Source: an uncultured Planctomycetales bacterium (GTDB lineage: Bacteria; Omnitrophota; Gorgyraeia; Zapsychrales; JAHFFX01). Taken from it: a DNA stretch of 64,000 nt. Shown here piece by piece: positions 47,744 to 56,234 of this stretch. Both the position numbers and the translations under genes were made by a program. Each line of letters opens with the position of its first letter. Positions within the stretch are counted from its first letter, which is position 1. The DNA lies in NCBI GenBank assembly GCA_964464475.1, contig CAYXGG010000001.1, forward strand, positions 87,174 to 151,173, in the 5' to 3' direction. The notes beneath the pieces are model-generated. The model was not told where the DNA came from. It did no database searches and worked only from the letters and a program-made list of their open reading frames with translations.

Positions 47744-50575
47744 ATGAGAAAAAACACAATAACAGTTCTTTTTCTGATGGGCTTTTGTTGGGGAGTGTCA
47801 GTTCCCTTAACGGAAGCGGCAACCTATTTTGTTCGACCAGATGGGGGTAACGCCACTCAGTGTACTGGTTTGAATGATGCCGCGTATCCAGGCAGCGGTA
47901 CCGCTCAAGCCTGTGCTTTAAATCACCCCTTTTGGGTGCTAGCTCCCAAGGGAAATAACCCATCCAAAATGCGAGGAGGGGATACCTTAATTATTGATGG
48001 TTCAAACAAAGCTCAATACATGATGGGTTGGGGAGCCCCCAATATTAACGATACGAGCATTTGTTATTCTGCATGGCCATGGGATTGTACGATGCGTCCG
48101 ATCCCTTCAGGTCCTGATCCGGCTCATCCTACCAGGATTTTGGGTAAGGGATGGGACACGGGTTGCGCCAATCCTCCTCAATTATGGGGTAAAGAAAAAG
48201 CATGGCATATTCTGACCTTGGCTGGAAGTAATAACGTAGAGGTCCAATGCTTGGAAATTACTGACCATGACCAGTGTCAATACTTGGGGCCTAATGGTTG
48301 TAATAACAGTAATGCCCCTTTTGGAAACTATGCGGTGATGGGTATTTTTGCCCAAGATAGTAATAATGTATTACTGAAGAATTTAAATATTCATGGTCTG
48401 CACACGGGTATAAAAGCAGGAAGAATTAAAGATTGGACCGTGGACAACACTAAAATCGTAGGGAACTCTTTTGTTGGCTGGAATGGTGATTTAGGCGGTG
48501 GAGTTAGTTCATCAAATTCAGGAACAATCACTTTTAATAAGAGTGTGATTGCTTATAGCGGTTGCGGTGAAACTTATCCGGGCAATCAACCGTATAACTG
48601 CTATAGCCAGGATCAAGGTGGCTATGGTGACGGTTTCGGAACAGAGAAAACGGGCGGAAACTGGATATTTAACAATGTGGATTTTAGCCATAATGTTTCC
48701 GATGGTTTAGATCTTCTTTATCATGATGGCAATGGTTCAATAACCATTAAACGGTCTCGATTTGAGGGCAATGCAGGAAACCAAGTTAAAACGGCGGGAA
48801 GTGCTGTAATAGAGAATTCGCTGTTGGTTGGAAATTGTGGTTACTTTAAAGATAAAGCATTCACTTATTCGGTCGGTGGTTTTAACCATTGTCGTGCCGC
48901 AGGCTCGACCTTAGCCGCTTTATTTTTCACCGGGAGCAAAGTCAGCTTGATGAATTCAACTCTTACCGGAAATGGTGACTCATTGATTATTTCTTCAGGA
49001 TCTACCTGTAATGGGACAGAATCCTTTACCTCAAGAAATAATATTATACTCGGTGGCACGGAATTCAACGATGGGGCCGACCTTAGCTCGTTGTATTATG
49101 CAACTGGAGCTATGGGAAATGGTGATGGGCCATGTGGAGCTGTTCAATTTGTGGACGCAGGTTCTGTATATTGGAACATAAAGAACCAAGTCAATGTTTG
49201 TGCCCAAAGACCGGGTTCTAAATGTGCTGATCCAAAATTTATTGGTCCAGTTGTTAAATATTTTTCTGGTGATGCTTATAATTTAGCTTTGAACGCAGAT
49301 AGTCCTGCGCGTAGTTTTGCCCAGGAATTAACTGGTATGTCGACGTTGGATTATAATAATTTTGACCGTGGATCAGATTGGGATTCGGGTGCTCTGGAAT
49401 ATGGCTCTGTATCTACCGTTGCGGCCGCCAGTATCTGTGGGAATAAATTAGTCGAGTATCCTGAGCAGTGTGATGACGGTAATTTAGTCAACGGTGATGG
49501 ATGTAATGCCTCATGCATCATTGAATCGCCTTCTGTCCCAGTGTGTGGTAATAAGGTTAAAGAAGGATCTGAACAATGTGATGACGGTAATCTAACGAAT
49601 GGCGATGGATGTAATAATGTTTGTCAAATCGAAGTGGCATCGCCGGTTTGTGGAAACGGTAAATTAGAGAGTTCAGAGCAGTGTGATGACGGCAACGTTT
49701 TAAATAATGATGGATGTAGCAGCGTTTGCCAGGTAGAGATTCTATCTGTTTGCGGTAACGCGAAGCTTGAGAGTGGTGAGCAATGCGATGATGGTAATAA
49801 GGTAAGTGGTGATGGGTGCTCTAGTTCTTGTGTAAGAGAGTTACCCATTTGCGGAAATGCTAAGTTGGAAGGTTCAGAGCAGTGTGACGATGGTAACTTA
49901 ATTAGCGGAGATGGGTGCTCTAGTTCTTGTGTGAAAGAGCTGCCGGTCTGTGGTAACGCGAAGCTCGAGAGTGGTGAGCAGTGCGATGATGGAAATAACA
50001 CCAATAATGATGGTTGCTCAAGCTCTTGTTTAAAAGAGAGTTTACCAGTCTGCGGAAATGGCATTAAAGAAGGAACCGAGGTTTGTGACGACGGCAACCT
50101 AGTGAGTAATGATGGCTGTAATAGCATTTGCAAAGCGGAATGGTGTGGTAACGGTATTAAAGAAGGACCGGAGCAATGCGATGATGGCAACTGGATTAAT
50201 CGGGATGGTTGCAGCGCATTGTGTATTTTGGAAAGTGTTAAACCAGTTTGCGGAAATGGAAAAAAAGAAGGAACCGAAGCTTGTGACGATGGAAATTTGG
50301 TGAGTAATGATGGGTGCTCAAGTAGCTGTAGTATTGAGCAAACACCTATCCCTGTGTGCGGAAATGAAAAGATAGAATCCCCTGAAACGTGCGATGATGG
50401 TAATAGAACTAGTGGGGATGGATGTAGCAGCAGTTGCCAAAAAGAGGTGGTAACGACCAGGCCGGTTTGTGGTAACGGTAAGTTGGAAGGTTCAGAACAG
50501 TGCGATGATGGTAACCGAGTCAGCGGTGACGGATGTAACCGCTATTGCAAAAAGGAGAGAATAAGAACCAGGTAA
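47744..50575 (+). CDS. Secreted 943-aa protein: N-terminal right-handed parallel beta-helix (pectate-lyase-like) domain plus 13 tandem cysteine-rich repeats
   Basis: Signal peptide (MRKNTITVLFLMGFCWGVSVPLTEA). Asparagine/glycine-rich beta-helix rungs with NNV repeats. About 565 aa of CGNxKxExxEQCDDGNxxxGDGCxxxC repeats (Myxococcus cysteine-rich repeat type). No PEP-CTERM tail. Confidence 0.8.
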   Translation: MRKNTITVLFLMGFCWGVSVPLTEAATYFVRPDGGNATQCTGLNDAAYPGSGTAQACALNHPFWVLAPKGNNPSKMRGGDTLIIDGSNKAQYMMGWGAPNINDTSICYSAWPWDCTMRPIPSGPDPAHPTRILGKGWDTGCANPPQLWGKEKAWHILTLAGSNNVEVQCLEITDHDQCQYLGPNGCNNSNAPFGNYAVMGIFAQDSNNVLLKNLNIHGLHTGIKAGRIKDWTVDNTKIVGNSFVGWNGDLGGGVSSSNSGTITFNKSVIAYSGCGETYPGNQPYNCYSQDQGGYGDGFGTEKTGGNWIFNNVDFSHNVSDGLDLLYHDGNGSITIKRSRFEGNAGNQVKTAGSAVIENSLLVGNCGYFKDKAFTYSVGGFNHCRAAGSTLAALFFTGSKVSLMNSTLTGNGDSLIISSGSTCNGTESFTSRNNIILGGTEFNDGADLSSLYYATGAMGNGDGPCGAVQFVDAGSVYWNIKNQVNVCAQRPGSKCADPKFIGPVVKYFSGDAYNLALNADSPARSFAQELTGMSTLDYNNFDRGSDWDSGALEYGSVSTVAAASICGNKLVEYPEQCDDGNLVNGDGCNASCIIESPSVPVCGNKVKEGSEQCDDGNLTNGDGCNNVCQIEVASPVCGNGKLESSEQCDDGNVLNNDGCSSVCQVEILSVCGNAKLESGEQCDDGNKVSGDGCSSSCVRELPICGNAKLEGSEQCDDGNLISGDGCSSSCVKELPVCGNAKLESGEQCDDGNNTNNDGCSSSCLKESLPVCGNGIKEGTEVCDDGNLVSNDGCNSICKAEWCGNGIKEGPEQCDDGNWINRDGCSALCILESVKPVCGNGKKEGTEACDDGNLVSNDGCSSSCSIEQTPIPVCGNEKIESPETCDDGNRTSGDGCSSSCQKEVVTTRPVCGNGKLEGSEQCDDGNRVSGDGCNRYCKKERIRTR
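49438..50565 (+). repeat. Thirteen imperfect tandem DNA repeats (about 114-120 bp) encoding the cysteine-rich modules
   Basis: Near-identical units recur, e.g. ggtaacgcgaagctYgagagtggtgagcaRtgcgatgatgg at about 49747 and 49955, and gatgggtgctctagttcttgtgt at 49811 and 49911. Confidence 0.85.
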
Positions 50576-50589
50576 TACTCCTTACCCCG

Positions 50590-50634
50590 CGCCCGGGAGA
50601 AGCTCCCCCCAGCTTCTTCCGGGCGATTTTTTTT
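50590..50634 (+). terminator. Intrinsic terminator after the beta-helix gene
   Basis: CGCCCGGGAGAAGCT-CCCCCC-AGCTTCTTCCGGGCG then ATTTTTTTTT. Confidence 0.8.
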
Positions 50635-50658
50635 AGGTTGAATGGCTGTATTATGGCT

Positions 50659-50686
50659 TGACAATACTTAATTCGGCTTTGATAAT
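50659..50686 (+). promoter_or_regulatory. Candidate sigma-70 promoter for the pilin-like/exosortase operon
   Basis: TTGACA-N16-GATAAT. It lies only about 12 nt before ATG 50699, so the transcript would be nearly leaderless. Confidence 0.3.
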
Positions 50687-50698
50687 TAAAAATTAATT

Positions 50699-51109
50699 AT
50701 GGTCGGTCCAAATTGCAAATTTAGTACTCATCCTTTTAAAAGAACTGGTTTTTCGCTTGTTGAATTATTAATTTCCGCGTTTGTTCTAAGCGTTGGAATC
50801 GCGGGAACGCTTATGTTCTTTACTTCCGCTTTGATTTCAGCAGATTTTGCTTTAGAGACTACTTTGGCTACATCTCATGCCGAGTTGATATTTGAAGAAA
50901 TGCGCTCCAAGGAAGCAATCCAAGAAATTACTTTTGTTGATTGGAATGAGTGGTTAAAAAAGCAGGATGTTAGCTTATTGCCCGAAGAGGCGGTTGAAAT
51001 TTCATATCTTGATCCAGCGAAAAGTCCTTTCCCCGTCAGCATGAAGGTTTCCTGGAGAGGGCGAGCCAGAATTCAAACCCAGGAATTTTATACTACTTTT
51101 ATTAAATGA
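50699..51109 (+). CDS. Prepilin-type N-terminal cleavage/methylation domain protein (minor pilin/pseudopilin-like)
   Basis: KRTGFSLVELLISAFVLSVGIAGTLMFF matches the G-F-[ST]-L-[IV]-E class-III signal peptide. Confidence 0.65.
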   Translation: MVGPNCKFSTHPFKRTGFSLVELLISAFVLSVGIAGTLMFFTSALISADFALETTLATSHAELIFEEMRSKEAIQEITFVDWNEWLKKQDVSLLPEEAVEISYLDPAKSPFPVSMKVSWRGRARIQTQEFYTTFIK

Positions 51110-51591
51110 ATTTTATTCGTCAGAAGCGAGCTTATACATTAATTGAAGTGTTAGTTAGTATCGCTATTTTTTCATTCATTCTGATGGCGCTTTATCAAAT
51201 GTTTGCTGTTGGTAATCGCTCCTGGGCTAACTATAACGAAAAGGTCGCTTTGCAGCGGGAGATTCGTTGGTCCATGTACGCCGTAGTCAAAGAGTTAAGA
51301 GAAGCCAAAAACATTTTTGTTACGGATGATTCTGAGAAAGTAAAAATTGCTTTTAAGAAAGACAATTTAGGAAGCTTTGCTTTCGTTTTTATGAAAACTG
51401 GGCAACAGAGAAATAAATTATTTTTCGAGCGACCTAATCAAAAGCGGGTTCTCTCTAGCAGTGTAACAAATCTTAAAGTAGATCAAATCAGTAAACACCT
51501 GATAGAAATTGAAATTACGGGAATGAAGCAGCCGTTGTTTTCCAAATTGATTACTTTTAAGCTAAAGCAACGGATTCTTCTTAGGAACTAA
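51106..51591 (+). CDS. Prepilin-type N-terminal domain protein (pseudopilin-like, variant Ala at the cleavage site)
   Basis: QKRAYTLIEVLVSIAIFSFILMAL. Start overlaps the previous stop (ATGA). Confidence 0.6.
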   Translation: MNFIRQKRAYTLIEVLVSIAIFSFILMALYQMFAVGNRSWANYNEKVALQREIRWSMYAVVKELREAKNIFVTDDSEKVKIAFKKDNLGSFAFVFMKTGQQRNKLFFERPNQKRVLSSSVTNLKVDQISKHLIEIEITGMKQPLFSKLITFKLKQRILLRN

Positions 51592-51596
51592 ATTTC

Positions 51597-52751
51597 ATGA
51601 TTTGCTCTCAAATGAAAAGAAGTCGATTGCGTAACGAACGAGGGTCTATATTAATTTTTGCTTATTTTTTGTTGGCTTTTCTCGTGACGTTATCGGCGGG
51701 TTTTGCTTTAACCAATTTTGGAGAATTAAATGATAGTCGGCGCTATTTGAATTCGGTAAAGGCGTTTTGGCTTGCGGAAGCGGCACTTAATGAGTATTTG
51801 CAAGAGCCAGAAATATTAGACGGTTTTCGTCAGAAGACATTGGAATATCCTGGGGGGCAGGTTGTTTTGCAAAAAGATGATTCTCAGCCCATGCTGCGAA
51901 TTCTTACGGCAAAAGCTAATGTGAGTGGCAGCGAACGTGAAATTACGATGGAATTCCCAGCACATGCACCGGAAGTTTTTAATAATACTATTTCTGCTCG
52001 CGGGGACATAGACTTAAGTGGCAGTAAGATTTCAGCCACTTTTACCGGTAAAACAAAAGTAAGCGGAAAGTTAAGAAAATCATATAAATTCGGTAGTGCA
52101 ATTTTTGAAGATTTAAGTGAGAACGTTGATAAGAATTTGGTGACGATGTTTTACCCGGACGCTAATAATAATGGTGTTGTTGATGAATTCGATGATTTTG
52201 TGGCTATTAATCGTAATATTATCGAGAATTATTCTTCTGATGAGGTGGTTTATTTGCGAGGCAATGATACATTTACGGTGGTCCCCGATGCTAAGCTGGC
52301 GGGTAAGAAAATTTTATATGCCGAGGGTACTAAGAGTGGAAAGGGAAGTGTCGTGATTCAGTTTACCGGAGAACTTAATCCAGAAGAAAATCTTACGGTG
52401 ATTTCCACCGGAACGGTAAGCTTTAATCAGTTGGGAGGGCAGACCGACTCGCAGTTAAATATTATTGCCTGGGAAGGGTATCGAGAGATGGCCACGTTGC
52501 CAGGAGAGCATAAGGGCATTACCTACACGCATGGGAGTGCCGTTATCGATCGAATTCATGAAGAATCTGTTTCGCATGGAATTTTGGTCGCTCACAGTGG
52601 CGTTTCGGTGAAAGAAATTTGGGCGAATAAGCTTTTTCAATACGCTGATCCTCGAGTCAAAGGGCTAATCCCTCCTGGTTTTGAAGGTATGATTGGCGGG
52701 AAGCTTTCGGCTGGATACTTGTCGGAGCCGAGTGTCTGGAGGGAAAAATAA
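51597..52751 (+). CDS. PilX-N-like minor pilin/pseudopilin-associated protein
   Basis: NERGSILIFAYFLLAFLVTLSAGFA resembles the PilX_N domain, with a ~330-aa beta-rich C-terminal part. Confidence 0.5.
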   Translation: MICSQMKRSRLRNERGSILIFAYFLLAFLVTLSAGFALTNFGELNDSRRYLNSVKAFWLAEAALNEYLQEPEILDGFRQKTLEYPGGQVVLQKDDSQPMLRILTAKANVSGSEREITMEFPAHAPEVFNNTISARGDIDLSGSKISATFTGKTKVSGKLRKSYKFGSAIFEDLSENVDKNLVTMFYPDANNNGVVDEFDDFVAINRNIIENYSSDEVVYLRGNDTFTVVPDAKLAGKKILYAEGTKSGKGSVVIQFTGELNPEENLTVISTGTVSFNQLGGQTDSQLNIIAWEGYREMATLPGEHKGITYTHGSAVIDRIHEESVSHGILVAHSGVSVKEIWANKLFQYADPRVKGLIPPGFEGMIGGKLSAGYLSEPSVWREK

Positions 52752-52752
52752 T

Positions 52753-53295
52753 ATGATCCGAAATCCCTGGGTGTGGGGCGCGGCATTTCTTCTTGTATTT
52801 TTAGGCTTTGGTTCTTTAAATCGATGGGTTAGCCATAAGATGCAGCGGAATTTGGGGTCTGCTGTGATTGCGAATTCAGAATTGAAAGAATCTAAAAAAC
52901 AAGATGGATTTATGCAGCTTCCTTTAGATTTTGCAAGCTGGAACATTTTGCCTGGAAAAAAGGCGGATGACCCCGCTAAATTCGGAATTATTGTCTCAAA
53001 AGATGCCTCGCATAATAACGTGGCTCAATGGGAGCAGGGTGCCAAGAAATCTATGCAAGGGGTCAGATCAATCTCTACGGTCGGTGAAGTCAAAGACAAA
53101 GATAAGGTTAAGATATCTTTGTCTTTGGAAGAATATCAGCAAAAGGTTAATCTTATTAATTTGGAGATTGAATCCGTTGAGTTAGAATTAGAGAGTATGC
53201 CCAGCGATCCGGAATTGCTTTCTAAATTGCAAGGTTTGACGATAATGAAGGCGACGCTAGAGTCATTAAAAAACAAAATTATTTCAAAGTTGTGA
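52753..53295 (+). CDS. Small bitopic membrane protein with a C-terminal coiled coil
   Basis: One transmembrane segment (WVWGAAFLLVFLGFGSL) and a heptad-repeat tail. Start at ATG 52753; the tracked ORF has an upstream out-of-frame-neighbour extension. Confidence 0.45.
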   Translation: MIRNPWVWGAAFLLVFLGFGSLNRWVSHKMQRNLGSAVIANSELKESKKQDGFMQLPLDFASWNILPGKKADDPAKFGIIVSKDASHNNVAQWEQGAKKSMQGVRSISTVGEVKDKDKVKISLSLEEYQQKVNLINLEIESVELELESMPSDPELLSKLQGLTIMKATLESLKNKIISKL

Positions 53296-53296
53296 T

Positions 53297-54481
53297 ATGG
53301 AATTATTAATGGTTGTGTATTTCTGGTTTTTTCTATTTGCCATTGTTTTTTGCTATTTTGGTTATCCATCGATTCTGGCTTTGGTGAGCCGCTGGCGGGG
53401 TTGCGCTGTTGCCGTAAGCCCTAGTGAGGCGGCCCGGGTATCGGTTATTATTGCGGTTTGCAATGAAGAGGATGTTCTTGAACGTAAGTTGAATAATATT
53501 TTTTCTTTAGAGTTCCCTTCTCAATTTGAAATTTTGATTGGTTCGGATGGTTCTACAGATCAAACAGAAAGAATTCTTAAAGATTATAAAGACGAGAGAT
53601 TGAGGCCTTATGTTTATTCTGAACGTAGGGGGAAAATAGCAGTCATTGCTGATTTGGTGACGCAAGCCAAAGGGGATATCGTTGTTTTTACTGATGCTAG
53701 ACAGCAATTTGCGAAAAATGCGATAGTGGAACTAGTTAAAAATTTTGGGGATCCAAAGGTGGGCTGTGTTAGTGGAGAGTTGGTGTTTCATAGCAGTCAG
53801 GGAACTACAGGCAAAGGTATTCAATTGTATTGGGATTATGAGAAATGGTTGCGGCGCATGGAGAGTCAGATCCACTCTATGTTGGGAGCGACGGGTGCCA
53901 TTTATGCGATCAGAAAAGAGTTGTTTGTGAAGCCGCCGCCTGATGTTGTTCTCGATGATATGTACATTCCTTTAAAGATTGTAGCCGGTGGCTATCGCGC
54001 TATTTTTGAAGAAAATGCTCGTGCCTATGATCACGTTGCGGAAGATGGGGGAGAGGAGTATTCTCGAAAAACTAGAACGCTTTACGGTAACTTTCAAATA
54101 TTCACTTTATTCTCTGAATTGTTTGATCTTCGGAAAAGTCCGGTGGCCTTGCAGTTGTTGTTTCATAAGTTTCTAAGAGTCGTGGTGCCGTTCTTAATGA
54201 TTGCGTTTTTTGCAACTAATATTTTTTTGATTCCTCATGGTTGGTTCTTTTTCTCGGTTATGCTAGGGCAAATTTTATTTTATGGATTAGCGCTTTTAGG
54301 ATGGTGGTCTAGAAAAAATAGTTCTTTTCTGGATAAGTATATTAATAAACTTTCTGCTATCCCTTATGTTTTTTGTTTGTTAAATTATTCTGCTTTTATT
54401 GGTTTCGTTCGATTTGTTAAAAGGGATCAGGCCGTTGCCTGGCAAAAGGCGCGTTCGGCTAGGGAAGCCGCCAATTGCTAA
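53297..54481 (+). CDS. Membrane glycosyltransferase family 2 (cellulose/chitin-synthase-like, exosortase-associated)
   Basis: VSVIIAVCNEEDVLERKL...ILIGSDGSTDQT...FTDARQ, with N- and C-terminal transmembrane helices. Confidence 0.7.
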   Translation: MELLMVVYFWFFLFAIVFCYFGYPSILALVSRWRGCAVAVSPSEAARVSVIIAVCNEEDVLERKLNNIFSLEFPSQFEILIGSDGSTDQTERILKDYKDERLRPYVYSERRGKIAVIADLVTQAKGDIVVFTDARQQFAKNAIVELVKNFGDPKVGCVSGELVFHSSQGTTGKGIQLYWDYEKWLRRMESQIHSMLGATGAIYAIRKELFVKPPPDVVLDDMYIPLKIVAGGYRAIFEENARAYDHVAEDGGEEYSRKTRTLYGNFQIFTLFSELFDLRKSPVALQLLFHKFLRVVVPFLMIAFFATNIFLIPHGWFFFSVMLGQILFYGLALLGWWSRKNSSFLDKYINKLSAIPYVFCLLNYSAFIGFVRFVKRDQAVAWQKARSAREAANC

Positions 54482-54487
54482 TTCGTT

Positions 54488-55306
54488 ATGCCAATTATTA
54501 GAAAATATGCCGCAGAGTTGTTGGTCGGTGGGCTTTTTTTGTTAGCCTATTTTCCTATTTTATTATGGATGTTTAGTCGTTGGTTTGCGAGAGACTCTTA
54601 CTATAGTCACGGGATATTGGTTCCTTTTGTGGCCGCTTTTTTAATCTGGCAAAATCGGGATGAATTAACTAAAATTCAGAGAGTTCCAGATTATCGTGGG
54701 CTGATATTGATTTTTATCGGTCTATTTGTTTTAGTGGTTAGTTCGACGTTAAGAATATACTTTTCAGCGGCGTTTAGTATGCCCATAGTTTTAGTTGGGC
54801 TGGTGATGCTTTTTGGGGGAAATAGTTTATTGAAGGCTCTTTCGTTCCCGCTGGCGTTCACATTATTCATGATCCCATTGCCAGAGGTCGTTATTACCAA
54901 TATTAGTTTTAATATGAAAATATTTGCGGCGCAAATTGCCACGCATGTTTTAAATAATAATCTAAGAATGCCAGCGGTACGCGAGGGGAGTCTTATTAAA
55001 ATGCGCAGTGCCTATGTCATGGTGGATGATGTGTGTAGTGGTTTAAGATCGCTTATTTCATTGACTGCTTTGGGTAGTGTTTTTGCTTACTGGTTAAAGG
55101 GCGCTTGGTGGAAGAGGTTGCTTCTATTTGCTTCAACGATCCCCATTGCCATTATTACCAATGTCGTTCGGATTATCTTTCTTTCCGCAGTGAGTGAGAT
55201 TTGGGGGCCACAATACGCTTCTGGATTTTTGCATGATCTTTCGGGGTTTTTGGTTTTTGGATTGGCCTTCTTATTATTATTTGCAGTTTCAAAGCTAATA
55301 GAATAA
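54488..55306 (+). CDS. Exosortase (EpsH/XrtA family transpeptidase)
   Basis: Eight transmembrane helices. The conserved Cys lies in MVDDVCSGLRSLISL and the Arg in ITNVVRIIFL. The N-terminus MPIIRKYAAELLVGGLFLLAYFPILLWMFSRW is typical. Confidence 0.85.
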   Translation: MPIIRKYAAELLVGGLFLLAYFPILLWMFSRWFARDSYYSHGILVPFVAAFLIWQNRDELTKIQRVPDYRGLILIFIGLFVLVVSSTLRIYFSAAFSMPIVLVGLVMLFGGNSLLKALSFPLAFTLFMIPLPEVVITNISFNMKIFAAQIATHVLNNNLRMPAVREGSLIKMRSAYVMVDDVCSGLRSLISLTALGSVFAYWLKGAWWKRLLLFASTIPIAIITNVVRIIFLSAVSEIWGPQYASGFLHDLSGFLVFGLAFLLLFAVSKLIE

Positions 55307-55307
55307 A

Positions 55308-55949
55308 ATGTTGATAAAAAAATCAGCTTATGTAGTAATTTTGGTTTCATTTTTGGGGGTCGGGTTCATTTCTTGGTTGTTGTATTTTAAAGATCAGAAC
55401 CAACAAGATACGGTTAATATTCAAGTTTTCCCGAAGGCTATAGCTGACTGGAGCGGGGTAGATCAAGTTATTAGCGAAGAAGACTATGCTATTTTGGAAA
55501 CCAGAAATGTTCTGGCTCGAAGATACACTCAGGCTGGTACGGGTCGACAAATAGATTTACTTATTGTTTATTCAGAGCATAATCGTAAAGTGTCTCATCC
55601 TCCCGAGATTTGTTTTACGGGTGGTGGGTTGTCTATTCTGGAAAGTAAGCGCGCAGTCTTAAATCTAGATAAGAACGGCCGAGGGTTAGAAGCGGTGCGG
55701 CTGCTTATGGATTTGAAGGGAACGCCGCTGTATTCCTTCTATTGGTTTAAAGTCGGTAATTCTGTAACCTCTAACTACTGGAGGCAACAATTTTTGATTG
55801 CTTTAAAGATTTTTTCTGGGCAACCGCATAGTAGCGCCTTGATAAGGTTGACATTAGAAATAAAACTGGATGACAAAATCGAAGCCGTTGCTACTGCGGA
55901 GAAGTTCGCCGATCTTGTTTTTCCTGCCGTAAAGCAGTATCTGCCGTAA
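55308..55949 (+). CDS. EpsI-family exosortase-associated protein
   Basis: N-terminal transmembrane segment then the EpsI domain, immediately after the exosortase gene (1-nt gap). Confidence 0.75.
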   Translation: MLIKKSAYVVILVSFLGVGFISWLLYFKDQNQQDTVNIQVFPKAIADWSGVDQVISEEDYAILETRNVLARRYTQAGTGRQIDLLIVYSEHNRKVSHPPEICFTGGGLSILESKRAVLNLDKNGRGLEAVRLLMDLKGTPLYSFYWFKVGNSVTSNYWRQQFLIALKIFSGQPHSSALIRLTLEIKLDDKIEAVATAEKFADLVFPAVKQYLP

Positions 55950-56043
55950 TTCTTCGCGCTGCAGAGTGCTAATTGACTAGGTTTAGGAATTTGCTGCTTT
56001 TTTTAAACATGTGTTGTGTCGGATAAACACTGGTAATGGGGTG

Positions 56044-56072
56044 TTTGTCTAGGACAGTCATGTATTTGATTG
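56044..56072 (+). promoter_or_regulatory. Conserved upstream motif (candidate enhancer / PrsR-binding site), copy 2
   Basis: TTTGTCTAGGACAGTCATGTATTTGATTG matches copy 1 at 7025 (20 of the first 21 nt identical). It lies about 127 bp upstream of the sigma-54 promoter at 56173. Confidence 0.5.
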
Positions 56073-56172
56073 TTTTGCATCTTGGGGGCTAATATTGTGC
56101 CGCAAGTATAATGATTCCAATTGTTTGTGAAATAAAAATAAAATTGCCCTAAATTTAAATAAGATTATATTT

Positions 56173-56188
56173 TGGCACAAAATTTGCT
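56173..56188 (+). promoter_or_regulatory. Sigma-54 (-24/-12) promoter
   Basis: TGGCAC-AAAAT-TTGCT matches the consensus perfectly, 47 bp upstream of ATG 56235. Confidence 0.7.
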
Positions 56189-56234
56189 CATGTACAGGTA
56201 ACCGTACGCAACCAGGTTAACACAAAGGATAAAA

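Noticed and set aside
49624-50190. 188-aa minus-strand ORF with an internally repetitive proline/serine/histidine-rich translation
   Set aside because: It is the antisense reading of the cysteine-rich repeat array of the beta-helix gene. The periodicity is inherited from the plus-strand repeats and it is not an independent gene.
49438-50565. Tandem ~115-bp repeats that could be mistaken for a CRISPR or satellite array
   Set aside because: The units are contiguous, with no unique spacers. They stay in frame within a long ORF and encode a recognisable cysteine-rich protein repeat.
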